DNA of 64,000 nucleotides from Podarcis pityusensis (lineage: Eukaryota), in NCBI GenBank assembly GCA_964106645.2, contig OZ067041.1; one strand, given 5' to 3'. Positions within the stretch are counted from its first letter, which is position 1, and the number at the start of each line of letters is the position of its first letter. The notes under the pieces are model-generated. The model saw only the letters and a list, made by a program, of their open reading frames with translations. It was not told where the DNA came from and searched no databases. A program made the translations under genes and the position numbers. Of this stretch, positions 14,829 to 26,490 are shown piece after piece.

Positions 14829-15220
14829 GGGACGCAGGTGGTGCTGTGGTCTAAACCACTGAGTCTTTTCAGCTTGCTGATCACAAGGTCGGCGGTTCGA
14901 ATCCCCCCGACAGGGTGAGCTCCCGTTGCTCTGTCCCAGCTCCTGCCAACCTAGCAATTCGAAAGCATGTCAGTGCAAGTAGATAAATAGGTACCGCTGT
15001 GGCAGGAAGGTAAACGATGTTTCCGCACGCTCTAGTTTCCGTCACAGTGTTCCGTTGCGTGCGCCAGAAGCAGTTTAGTCATGCTGGCCACATGACGCGG
15101 AAAGCTGTCTGTGGACAAACGTCGGCTTCCTTAATCTGAAAGCGAGATGAGCACCTCAACCCCATAGTTGCCTTTGACTGGACTTAACTGTCCAGGGGTC
15201 CTTTACTTTTTTTTTTTTTA
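14829..15220 (+). mobile_element. Sauria SINE (Squam1), full length
   Basis: GGGACGCAGGTGGTGCTGTGG head, B-box GGTTCGAATCC, AGTAGATAAATAGGTACC core, GGGGTCCTTTAC tail; degenerate TSD (cctaata.ca.aaat). Confidence 0.9.
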
Positions 15221-15687
15221 CCTAATATCATAAATGGGTCGTTCAGATATTGCAAACAGTTTTTTAAAAAGCTATCAGATTTTCCATGGAAATAGTAAAT
15301 CTGGATTTAATTGTGGGCTGACAGATGACATTGTATGGATGTGGAGAAAAACATGCATGGATACATATGCAGCACCAATGCCACCATAAGCATCTATCTG
15401 GAAGCACCCTATGACTAAAATGATGTAGGAAGTACAAGGTTCAGCAACCAAGCAACACATCTACATTCAGTGTCATGTTAGCTCCTTTAAAATGATTTAA
15501 TGAGTTCTATGAATAAAATCTGGATCAGATTAGGTCCAGATTACATGCTGACTATAGCCTAATTCAGGCATTATGTCTGTCCCTGCTGGTGCGTTCCTTG
15601 CTGACTGAGCCTGCCCCCAACATCTTAGATTGTCTGAATGCAGCTTATATTGTAATATCAACACCAATATAGTAAGATAGGGTGATG

Positions 15688-15930
15688 TAAGAACATAAGA
15701 AAAGGCGTGCAGGATCAGGCCCTAGGCCATATGTGGTCCTGTGACCATGTGGTCACAGCAGCCAACCAGATGTCTATGGGAAGCTCACAAATAGAAGCTG
15801 AGCGCAATAGCACTCCCTGTCCCCCTTGTGATACACAGCAAGTGGTACTCCAAAGCACATTGCTTCCAACAGTGGCAGTAGAACATAGCCATCATGGCTA
15901 GTACTCAATGATATCCTTATCCTCCACGTG
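15688..15930 (-). mobile_element. CR1 LINE 3' end
   Basis: TAAGAACATAAGAA terminal octamer repeat...GGATCAGGCC...CATAGCCATCATGGCTAGTA...CCTTATCCTCCA. Confidence 0.75.
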
Positions 15931-16809
15931 AGCCATCAGCATCATTGTTTACTTGTATGCCACCTTTCCATAGTTCAGCCATGCTCAAGGCAGCTCACAA
16001 CACAAAGTTACATAATTACAAAAATATTACAAAAGTAGCTATAAGCAATAAATAAATAATCAGTAAATACTGTATACAATAAAACTAAACAATCCCCATA
16101 TAAATCACAATAAGAGCAATAAAGAGACAAAGACTGAAGAGCAAAAAATTAATCCTCACCAACCCCAAATGTGCTCGAGAAACCTGAAGATTCCCCACCC
16201 CACTCTACACACACATAGCCCACTGCTTTTATCGGGGTGGGGGGGGTTGAACTGGCTGAATCAAAATTGGCTGTGGCAAAATGGCAGCAACATCAATCCT
16301 GAGCAAGGAACCTCTCTTCCTCTTTGCAAGCTGCCACTGCTAGCAGATCAGATCGCTCCAGAAAAAAAGCATGGGTGATCCACTCATGCCAGCAACAGGA
16401 AAGAGCACTTTGATTTTCTGGGAAACCTCAGAGCAGATTGTAGTGCTCTGTCTAGAGCACTTTGATCTGCCAGAAGTGGCAATGCACAGAGGAAAGGAAA
16501 GCTCCAGTGCCAGTATCACAGCTGCTGGTGGTAAGGTCACTAGAGAAGGAGGAAAGTAGCACCATACTAGGAAGAGTGAGGGCTATTTCTCTTCCCCCTC
16601 ACAGCACTGCTGAGCAAGGTTGGGCAGTGCTGGTGAGGAAACCCTTTCATGTAGTTGATGTTTGTGTGAGTGGCGTGTGTGGATGTGCACTTGATGAGTG
16701 CATGTCAGCTATGTGGTCATGCTCCTTGGTAGCCCCTATCCCTAGAATAATTGCAAGGTAGTGATGTGGCTCTTGGGCCAGAAAAGCTTAGCCACTTTTG
16801 TCTTGGCAT

Positions 16810-17080
16810 GTTATTTATTTATATTAAGATTTCTGCCCTGCTCTTCTTTTTCAGTAAAAACACTCAAAGCGGCTAACAAAATACACACAGCAAAAGCAAA
16901 AATAAAAGTAACACAACCTTCCCTCCCCACCCCCAATCATTAAAATAACAAATTCTAATCTGAAAGCTGCATGGGGGGAGGATTAACTCAATGAGCAAGC
17001 TAACAAGTATCTCAAACACCAATAAAGTTAAAAGCTTGCTGAAAAGAAATGTTTTTAAGTGTCGGCGGAACACCAGTAAA
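16810..17080 (-). mobile_element. L2 3' end fragment
   Basis: FRRHLKTFLFSK in ORF 16873-17073; TTTATT tail at ~16811. Confidence 0.62.
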
Positions 17081-19284
17081 GAAGCAGCTAACTTCTTAGC
17101 ATGCTTCTGAAACTGCTCCCTCCGAAGCTGAAGTTTCCCAAATCTCTAACCTCTTTTAAGATATCTGGATCAAGAATTGCTCGTAATAGTGTCATCCAAT
17201 ATGAAGAAAAACCCTCCTTGGCTTGCTACTGTTGACTTCCACAGTTACTGAGCCAACTGAACAATAATCCTTTTAGAAGTGTGTAAATGGTTATAAAAGG
17301 TTCAGCACAATCTTAAAGCCAATATTAGCTCAGTTCATGGTTTGGAAAGGAAGTCAGAGATGAAATTACAGTCCTTGAGACTAGAATCACATTCTCAGGC
17401 AGCCCTGAGTGCTGGCAGAAGACAGGGGTGTTCCATCTTTAAATGCCCAATGATTCCTGAGGCATATTAGAAAATTCTTGCCTGTTCTTTAATGTAATCT
17501 GCGGCATCAGGCAGGAACTTAGTAATCTTGAAGAAAGTGGGGGTAACAAGACTTCATTAAACAGTGCAAGATTTAATTTCTGAGGCAAATTGGGGATAAT
17601 CACAAAGGTGCTTAGCAGCAGAGACTAAGCATGCTCCTGAAAAATGTGGGGTCCTCTTTCCTGTCTGTCATCTACTTCCTCTGCAGGAGCTGACAGGACA
17701 GAACCTGCATGCAGATGGGTTGGAGAGAGAAGTGGGGGTTGGGGGAGGTCAACATGCATTCAGCAGCCCCAGCCAGCACACACCACCCAGGTGACCACAA
17801 CCTTAGCCATCATCCCCATGGCTCCACAGCACCATGCCCTATCAAGATATTGTAGAGCACTCTGGGGTCTGACAGGAGCAATCTGCAGGTACGTATAGTA
17901 TTGGAGACAGAGCAGGGGAAGGATGCACAGCGTGAATGCACTAGACACCCATTCACAGCCCCCTGCCTATAGACTAATACATGCCCCTGCAAATTCCCAA
18001 AGAGCGAGGCCCCATGTCATACCATATCATGATGGTTCCTGGCATGGGGGTTCCTAGTGAGTCATGGCATGAGAAGCCCACCTCATGTTGGTAGTCTTCC
18101 ACAATCAGGTGCTTTGGTATCTTCTGGGGTGGCTTAGTGGCACACCCCCTGGACCATCTACTTCCATCTGTATCCATCCCAGCAGTGGCATGTGCTAGCA
18201 ATCCACCCATTTGCAAGGGGGCAGCCATTATCTGATCAGGGTTGGCTGTGTCGTCTGGGTGTCCTCACCCCTGCCAACTTTACCTCCTACTTGGGTGGTA
18301 CACTGGCAAATAGGCAATAGGCATCACTTCCATCTGCTGGCTGCTATGGGCAGGTGGGTGAACTTCTACAAGTGGTGATCTCTGCTGGCATAAGGGCCCC
18401 TCCACCAAGTGGTTGCCTGGTTGTGCCATACGCTAACCTCTTCCAGCCCAGCAGATTTGCGGCTTTGGGTTGCACAGTAACCATAAAACTTCATGGGGCT
18501 AACTGCTGAACAGGCATTGTGGTATAACATTGAACCAGAAAAATGCCATAGCTAACTGCCTTATATTTCAGTCATAGATTCCATCCCTGGACAAATCCAA
18601 CTGAATAGCTGTTCTGCTACTTTCTGCCAAACGTATTGCTGTGTATTTAACAAACAACTCTTGTTCGATATGTGTGACTACTGCACATGTAATTGTTTAA
18701 TGCATTGATCACAACAAATATATAATTGTTTTTAAAGTATACTCTTGGTGCAAGAAATACATGTACTTTTCTCATGCTCAATTTCACTTTGGGAAAAAAA
18801 TCTTCTAAAGCAGCAGTTTTAGAAAATTCTGGCAAGAGTAAGATAATTTTCCTTTAACATAATGCATTAAAATGACACCAGTGAGCTATTTTTAAATCCC
18901 ATTTATTTTGGAAGCTGCTCTATTAAAAAAAAATCTGTGTGAAAAACCAAAGATGCACTTATTGGAAATATAAAAGAACAAAATGAAATGCTTTAACATA
19001 AGAGTTCTTTTGCCTTATGGGATGTTTCAGATTCTGTCTTCAAGAAAGGTAAGCTTTTTTCCCTTCTAAGTTCCATATTTAACAACTGTGTAAGAATGAA
19101 TACAGCAGACCTCAAAATACTAACTGTAGGATTCTATTTGCTTCTAAGGAATTTATTTGTTAAAAAGAGCACTAACAAATTCACACAAACTGGTTGAATG
19201 GACAGTTGTCCTCCTATTGGCAAATGACTTTGTAAGCTGTGTTTACCAAAGAGAGTGGCTTGAAAGTGACCACCCCAATGTTTT

Positions 19285-19473
19285 GGGAAGGACTCTAGCT
19301 CAGTGGTAGAACATCTGTTTTGTATGCAGGAGCTTCCAGATTCTGTTCCAAGTATCTCTGGATAGGGCTGGGAAAGTATGAAACCCTGGACTGCTTCTGC
19401 CACTCAGTATAGCCAATGCTGAGCTAGATGAACCAATGATCTAACTCAGTGTAAGATGGCTTCCCATGTTCCT
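19285..19473 (+). mobile_element. tRNA(Ala)-like SINE with CR1-type tail
   Basis: TAGCTCAGTGGTAGA A-box...CTGAGCTAGATGAACCAATG...GCTTCCCATGTTCC; related copies at 26312, 27891 and 42535. Confidence 0.75.
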
Positions 19474-19997
19474 TTGTCTTACTAGTTGTAGGCCAAGACC
19501 AAAGACCTTTCAAAGCTTCCAACTCAAGGTTGTTCTAAGGGTCAAGGGTTTCTGGGTTTCCACTCTGACTTGGCCTTTGGCTCAAGATTACATTTACCTC
19601 ACCTTGCTTCCCGCACCACCAAACCCCACTAACTTGTATAATATGGAAATGTGATTCCAGTAACAATAGAGTGTTTTCAGGATCAAATGTCTGGCAACCA
19701 TCTTTCTCCCACTTTTAACAAATTGCCTCATAATGACCTTCAGCACATTCTTTTTTAACAAGATTATTTTGGGCCTTCTCTCATTGCCACCTCATTATTT
19801 TGCATGCCTACTAATAAATGTGATAATGAGTGAGAGCATCTATTCAAGGGATGTGTGAAAGCAGCTCTAAAATGACATTATTTCTACCGGGAACGTATGC
19901 CTTAAGCACAGTCATGCTCACAAGCCAACCAACCCCCTATAAAAACCCTTATTCAAACCCAAACTGAAAACCTTGGGAATCTAATCCTATAACTAGC

Positions 19998-20175
19998 CAC
20001 CCTCCCACCAGATGTCAAAGGAAAAAACAACTACCAGACTTTTAGGAGACATCTGAAGGCAGCCCTGTTTAGGGAAGCTTTTAATATCTGAAGGACTATT
20101 GTATTTTAATATTTTGTTGGAAGCCGCCCAGAGTGGCTGGAGAAACCCAGCCAGATGGGTGGGGTATAAATAATA

Positions 20176-20224
<49 letters not shown>
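19998..20224 (+). mobile_element. L2 3' end with (ATT)n microsatellite tail
   Basis: TFRRHLKAALFREAF* C-terminus, GCCGCCCAGAGTGGCTGG..CCAGCCAGATGGG stem-loop, (ATT)n run at ~20178-20224. Confidence 0.8.
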
Positions 20225-21250
20225 GCATGGTAATGTAATTTCAAACAATCATGTGCCTCATGCATATAATACCATATAAACCAAATCCTGAGGAATTTCT
20301 CATTCTAAACTAATGGCAACCTTTTATTTCTGCTGTGATATGAGGCAACGTGATGGTTAAAAAAAATCACACACAACAACTACCATGGCATCTCATTGGT
20401 CTGAATGATGCACCTGAATGTTTCAAATGAGGAGCCTCTGCAGTCAAAAGGATACATCAAATAAGTTTATATTTCTTATAGGATTACAACATTCTTGCTG
20501 CGGAGCTGTGTACTGTCCAGTAAAAGGACAATCAGTGCCGCAGGGAGTTTACACTAAACAAACAGGCATCTAGAAAGTGGGATAGAGTTTCCAGAGCTGC
20601 TCTTGCTTCTAGGGTTAGCGGCAAACATAACTGATAAAGGGCACCGTGAAGCTTTAAAAATGCCCTATTAATAACTGGGTTTTCATTTCTTCCAACATTT
20701 TGTTCCTTCCCCCATCCCTCAACACTCACCATATTGCATAGGCCATGGTGATGTATGTGTGCATGTGCTTGTGTAATTGATTTGGACCTTCCAGAAATTC
20801 TAAAACCTTAGGACAGGGCTGGTATAAAGTATAATGGTATCTTAGATCCCCCCAGGGCTGTCCTGCCCTGTGCCATCTTTAATTGTGTTGCATAACTTCA
20901 AAAATGCACAGAAGATATGATCTTGATGGCATAAATCTGAGGTCATAGTCATGCTTATTATGTGCTAGTGTCTCTTTGGGTTTCACAACAATTATATGTG
21001 TTCCACATGGCGAAGTCTAAACAGAGGTGGGGAGGGGAGTCTAACTCTCTCTCCCTGCAACGCACCTGACAAAAACCATACAAGTGAAAACACTGTTTGC
21101 ATTATCGGGGGGTGCTACCATTGGTGACAAGAGGAGGCTTCCCCTGAAATGCAAATGCTACCTTTGGGAACACTGTGGCAAGCATGAAACTTCCCTTTTC
21201 CATTTTCATGTTCCCAAAGGTACTCAGGCTTCCCCACAGCAGATATTGTA

Positions 21251-21504
21251 GAAGAAGAAGAAGAGGAGTTTGGACTTGATATTCCACCTTTCATCCCCCC
21301 TTGAGGAGTCTCAAAGCAACTAACAATCTCCTTTCCCTTCCTTCCCAAAACAAACACTCTGTGAGGTGAGTGAGGCTGAGAGACTTCAAGAAGTGTGACT
21401 GGCCCAAGGTCACCCAGCAGCTGCATGTGGAGGAGGAGGGACGCGAACCCAGTTCACCAGATTACCAGTCCACTGCTCTTAACCACTACACCATGTTGGC
21501 TCTC
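21251..21504 (-). mobile_element. tRNA-derived MIR/CORE-type SINE with (CTT)n tail (Squam3-like)
   Basis: Reverse complement GAGAGCCAACATGGTGTAGTGGTTAAGAGC head, GGGTGACCTTGGGCCAGTCAC core; homologous to 42701-42946. Confidence 0.85.
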
Positions 21505-23029
21505 ATAACAAAAAGCCATGCATGATAAATCCCCACATTCTACATCCTACTTGTTCTGCACACTCATAAACAACTAACATTTATGAACCAAATGTGCATT
21601 AATAATTTACCCAAGTGGAAAAGCAGATTTTGTTAAATGCACCCCACTCCTGTCAGATGTTTATTGATATGGTTCTTACTAATCTCAATCTGCATTGATT
21701 AATTTCAACAACTGATTTGGGGGAGAGGAGTTGCAGCAGCTATTTTTCTCACAGGAGCAGAAAAGTGGTGGTGCATTTTCCCTCTGTTCAAATATTAACG
21801 GAAAGCTTTCCTCGTTCAATTCCTATGCAGAGTTTTGTCGTTTGCCCTCACAAATAAACTATCAGTGTTTTCTTTTTATAGCACATTACTTAGTATATGT
21901 ATTTAGATTTTTTAAAAAACAAAACAGCACAATCTTTCCTTTTTGCTGGACTCTTTATTCTTCTTTTTGCTCAAACCCTATCATGCTGGGCATGAATACA
22001 TTAAACACAGCAAGTGAAGGCAAAGCAAATGCACAGCTCTGCTTTTACTCACGTTGCCCGTTCTGAGCTCTGCCAAGCCTTCACACTAGATTCTGAAATG
22101 AATACTTCTTCCCTTGGGCAAGCCTGATGTAACACTTTAGCCTTTAGTTAGCTGTACCTCAACATGAAATTGACAACCCTAAAACATATGGCACGGACAC
22201 ATGTACTCTCAATTCATTCAAACAAGAGAATACAGTGGTGTCCTCTTGCTAGTAGTTCCTGTTCCCTGCTCTCAAAGCAGGGATGGATTGTTCTGTTCTT
22301 CCAGCCAGCCTTTCCTGCGATACCTCGTGAAAGGTATGATTTAACAGAATGTTCATCTGAATAAGAAGCCTTTTTGTGCTCAGGGGTGTTAAAATGTGAA
22401 TAAAAGGTTCGTGTCTAGGGTCTAATCAATTGGTAGAAAGCAAGCATGCCTTTCAGTCACATGTTATTGGATTCTCTTTTTCTTTCTTTCTTTTTGCAAA
22501 GTTACAAAGACAGCACATCCACACTCCTTCCCACCCCCACCCCCCGCCAAGTCAACCCCACTTAACACACAATAACACACTTACAAATGCATCAGCCAAC
22601 ATAACCACATAACCTGATAGTATAGTTTTAAAAGTACAATTAATTTACTGCACACTTAGAAAAGCAGTAAAGCCCTTGTTTTCTGGGCTTGGTTGATCTG
22701 AAGGTCAGAAATATCCCCATCATGTGTGTCCATTGTCCTCCTAGGAGGCCATGTAAATAAATCTCTAGGGACACTATCCAGCTGAACAATTGCACTAGAA
22801 CAAGGACTTTTAGCTGTGCAATGGAACTTCTCTGCCTTTCCCTATCCCCATGTGACCCTTTGACTGTCTTCTTTCGTAAAGGAAAGATGTTTAGGCATTG
22901 TTGTGAAATAGAATGCTCTGTCCATCCGAAGCTTCCAGATTTGGGGAACATGCAAGGAGAGGAGACAGTGGGGAAGTTCCACAGCTAAAAGTCCTTGCGC
23001 CACCCTATGTAACATATTGTAAAATGGTA

Positions 23030-23151
23030 GGAGCAGTGCTGCAGTATTCCAGCAAAAACAGCAAAGAGTCTTTGTGGCAACTTAAAGACCAACAACATTT
23101 ATTGACAAAAGCTTTTGTGGACTACAGCCCACTTCATCAGATGCATGAAGT
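23030..23151 (-). mobile_element. Older Penelope-like terminal repeat remnant with a decayed hammerhead motif
   Basis: Minus strand reads TGCAT-CTGATGAA-GTGGGCTGTAGTCCAC-AAAAGCTTT (GAAA box mutated); GGCAACTTAAAGACCAAC is similar to the 25.9 kb element. Confidence 0.65.
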
Positions 23152-23385
23152 GGCAGATGTTGTAGATCTGGACACTAGACTTCTGTTGATGCAGCCTAGA
23201 ATAGCATTAGCTTTTTTGCTGCTGCGTCACACTGTGGACTCATGTTAAGCTTCTGGTCTACTAAAACCCCTAGATCCTTTTAACATATACTACTACTGGC
23301 AAGCCAGGCGTCCTCTATCTTTTATTTGTGCAGCTGGTTCTTCCTGCCTAAGTGTAGAATCTGACATTTGTCCCTATTGAAATGT
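23152..23385 (-). mobile_element. CR1 LINE RT fragment
   Basis: GCAGCCTAGAATAGCATTAGCTTTTTT..GCTGC.TCACAC; minus strand gives [31 protein letters not shown]. Confidence 0.78.
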
Positions 23386-24819
23386 TTGTGCAGAACAGCT
23401 AAAAACAGTCAAAAATTAATTTCTCATGGCATCATGTATAATTCAGTCCTATCAAATTCGCCCTGGAACACAGTGCGATTATCAGTGCAGAAAAATTTGC
23501 TTACACAGATTGGTTAATTGAACCAGAAACTTCTTCAATCAAAATTCATTTGGAAATTCATTATTTCAGTTCAGTCAACCTTTGAGTGCGCGTGTGGCTT
23601 ATCAGGTGTCTATCTTTTTTATATCTGAACAATTTAGAAGTAATAAATTCATGACGTACACGTTTCTTGTTTAAAAATCTTTCTAGCTTTTCTTTTAAAA
23701 TATGAGGGAGCCCTCTAGTGGTGCATAATGCTTTCCTGATGTGTGAAATGTTAAAGGAAATTAACTGGGACTGGCAGAATCTTTCAGAATGGTGTAATAG
23801 CTTTACATGCAAAAGATCTCTTCCCTTTCTCTGCCTCACTGTTATACAGCTGAATGGTTTTCGTTAATTTTGTTACATGCCTGTAGGCTTGCCAAATACA
23901 GCTGCACCCAGAGTTCAGGAACTTTGCTTTCCACAAAACGTGTTTAATTTTAAGAGCTCCTTTCAAACTGTTTGCAATTTTCATTTAGTAACAATTAAAT
24001 ATATTGATATCCTTTATGCTATATAATCTGTAGTTTTGCAGTGTTCTTTACAATGATGATCTGGCAATGAGATATTTGAAGCCCATTATGCAAACATTAG
24101 GCCGGGCAGAACCACACCACTGCTGAATGTCCAGAAGATGTCAGTGTTTGTCTGTAGAATAGACCTTTTACCTTTTGTATGGTAGTGTGGAACTGAAGAT
24201 ATACCAGACATTAGCCAACTAGATCATAGTTAGAGTAGATTGGCTGAAACAAAGGAAATTTAGATTTCTACTCTGACACAGTCAATTGCCATCCAACACA
24301 TTTAGCCATTTTTAAAATCTCCATTTTTAAACAGTGGCCGCTGTGTCATATCAGAAACAGTTCCTGAAATTCTCCCGTGAAGTTTTAGAGAAACCCCAGA
24401 TACTTTAATGTTTAATATTTCTTTAATAACAGCTGCATTCGGAGATCTCCTTGGCTCATTCTATCAGGGCTAAAGACCCATTGGACTCTATCAAGTGGAC
24501 AGTCACACTTTGTACCATCTCCTAGCTCTGAACAAAAAGAAACTTACCATGAGACCAGCCAACCCAGGAAAGAACAAATTAGTAAGAGTTGGTCATATGC
24601 CATCTTATGCTATTGTAAAGTACAGGTGTGCCAAATCAGATCAGGGGTAGAATTTGAAGGACGAATAAGTGACTTCAGAAAAATCAGTTAAGGGATAGCA
24701 AGATCCATTATTAGCGGAGCAAGGTTTCAATCCATGCTATATAAAACCTTAATATACTGTGACTGAAAGCTGGTGGAAATATATTGGGGCAGCATTTCCT
24801 ACCTCTTAGAGCAGAGATA

Positions 24820-25150
24820 GGCAACTATTTTCTGTTGAAGGTCACACATTAGGGGTTGAGTCAACATCTTCATCAATCTGTCTACTATGACCCCAAGATC
24901 TTGCTCCTGATCTGTCACCTCCAGTTCAGACCCGATTAACACATATGTGAAATTAAGATAAATATTTTTTTGTTCCAGCATGCATCTCTTTACACTGAAT
25001 TGCACTTGCCATTTTACTGCCTGTTCACTCAATTTGGAGAAGTCCTTTTGGAGCTCTTCGCAAACTTTTTGTTTTAACAGCCGTGAACAATTTAGTGTCA
25101 TCAGCAAATCTGGTCACCTCACTGCTCACTCCTAACTCTAGATAGATTAT
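24820..25150 (-). mobile_element. CR1 LINE RT fragment
   Basis: FADDTKL motif; ORF 24799-25107 EELQKDFSKLSEQAVKWQVQFSV...EQDLGVIVD. Confidence 0.8.
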
Positions 25151-25918
25151 TAACTAATAAGCAAGTTAGAGAGAAGCCACATGACTTGGTAGAGTGCACA
25201 CAGTGAACCCTTGCTTCATGTGAATTCCTCCCGTGGTCATGTCAAGTGGAATTCCTGTTCTGAACCCCACTGCCATCTAAAGCCAAACTGATGGTCACAA
25301 AAAGCAGAGCTTTTGTACTGATAGTTGCCTCTGTGGAACTTTCTCTTAACTGGAGCCAGCTTTCTCTTAGCATTTAAGGAGCAAATAAAAATGCCTCTTT
25401 TATTTTACCTGAGCTTTGCTTACTGGTTTTAGGTCCTTTACAGTTCTAACTTCATGTTCCATTGTTTGTTTGTATCTGCAGTGTTTATAACTTCTTTTAT
25501 GGCGAAGGGCCAATGATATAAGATATTTATTAAGGTTTTTTTTAAATATTACAGTAAAAATGAAAAAGAAAAGAGAAAAATACAAAATAAAAGCAGTTAA
25601 AAACACACATATTTTCAGTTACTTATTTTCCTTTAACTTGTTTCCCGGACCTCCTCGTACCTCCCTTTTTTGTATTCCACTTCAATTTATTGGTTCAGCA
25701 AATCCTTACCATTAGATTTTAACCCATTTATAACCCTTTTCTTTCATATTCTCTTAAAGCATTACAGCTAGAAACGCTTAATTACTATCCAACATCGTTC
25801 TATCATTCATTAATTTTACAATATTTCTGTAGCAGATAGGTAGCCGTGTTGGTCTGCCATAATCAAAATAAAAAATTCCTTCCAGTAGCACCTTTAAGAC
25901 CAACTAAGTTAGTTCTTG

Positions 25919-25956
25919 GTATGAGCTTTCGTGTGCAAGCACACTTCTTCAGATAC
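25919..25956 (-). ncRNA. Minimal hammerhead ribozyme motif, mirror copy on the minus strand
   Basis: Exact reverse complement of 25971-26008 within the palindrome. Confidence 0.68.
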
Positions 25957-25970
25957 ACTGAGATCTCAGT

Positions 25971-26008
25971 GTATCTGAAGAAGTGTGCTTGCACACGAAA
26001 GCTCATAC
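25971..26008 (+). ncRNA. Minimal type I hammerhead ribozyme motif (PLE type)
   Basis: GTAT-CTGAAGA-A-GTGTGC-TT-GCACAC-GAAA-GC-TC-ATAC: CUGANGA box, helix II, GAAA box, palindromic helix III remnant, UH site, helix I GTAT/ATAC. Confidence 0.68.
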
Positions 26009-26311
26009 CAAGAACTAACTTAGTTGGTCTTAAAGGTGCTACTGGAAGGATTTTTTTATTTAATATTTCTGTAAATAGTCTTTAAATTTCTTCCAGTCTT
26101 CTTCCACCGACTCTTCCCCCTGGTCTCGGATTCTGCCAGTCATTTCTGCCAATTCCATATAGTCCATCACCTTCATCTGCCATTCTTCCAGAGTGGGTAG
26201 ATCTTGTGTCTTCCAATACTTTGCAATGAGTATTCTTGCTGCTGTTGTAGCATACATTAAAAAAGTTCTGTCCTTCTTTGGCACCAATTGGCCAACCATA
26301 CCCAGGAGAAG

Positions 26312-26490
26312 GGCGAAGGGCCAATGAGAGAGCATCTGCTTTGCACGCAAAATATGCCGGCTCAATCCAGGTAGCATTTCCAGGTATGGTTGGGAATATT
26401 CCTTGTCTGAAAACCTGGGAAGCCATTGACACTCAGTGTAGACAATACTGAGCTGGATGGACTAGTGGTGTAGCTTAGTATGTTCCTCTG
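26312..26490 (+). mobile_element. tRNA(Ala)-like SINE, host of the L1-type insertion
   Basis: AGAGCATCTGCTTTGCA...TCAGTGTAGACAATACTGAGCTGGATGGAC; head sequence duplicated as the L1 TSD. Confidence 0.75.

Larger units (their letters stand above)
25832..26061. mobile_element. Penelope-like element (PLE) terminal-repeat derivative forming an inverted duplication
   Basis: GGTAGCCGTGTTGGTCTG...AGCACCTTTAAGACCAAC...AGCTTTCGTG...TTCTTCAGA resembles reptile PLE pseudo-LTR ends; palindrome 25866-26061; 12-bp TSD AATATTTCTGTA at 25820-25831 and 26062-26073. Confidence 0.82.
25517..26311 (-). mobile_element. L1/Tx1-type LINE 3' fragment, interrupted by a Penelope-derived insert
   Basis: ORF2 C-terminus YATTAARILIAKYWKTQDLPTLEEWQMKVMDYMELAEMT...WKKFKDYLQKY followed by an A-rich 3' UTR; 16-bp TSD GGCGAAGGGCCAATGA at 25501-25516 and 26312-26327. 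Confidence 0.82.

Noticed and set aside
17600-18500. GC-richer block possibly from an LTR, DIRS or Vingi element
   Set aside because: No termini, TSD or protein motif that I could identify, so it is left unannotated.
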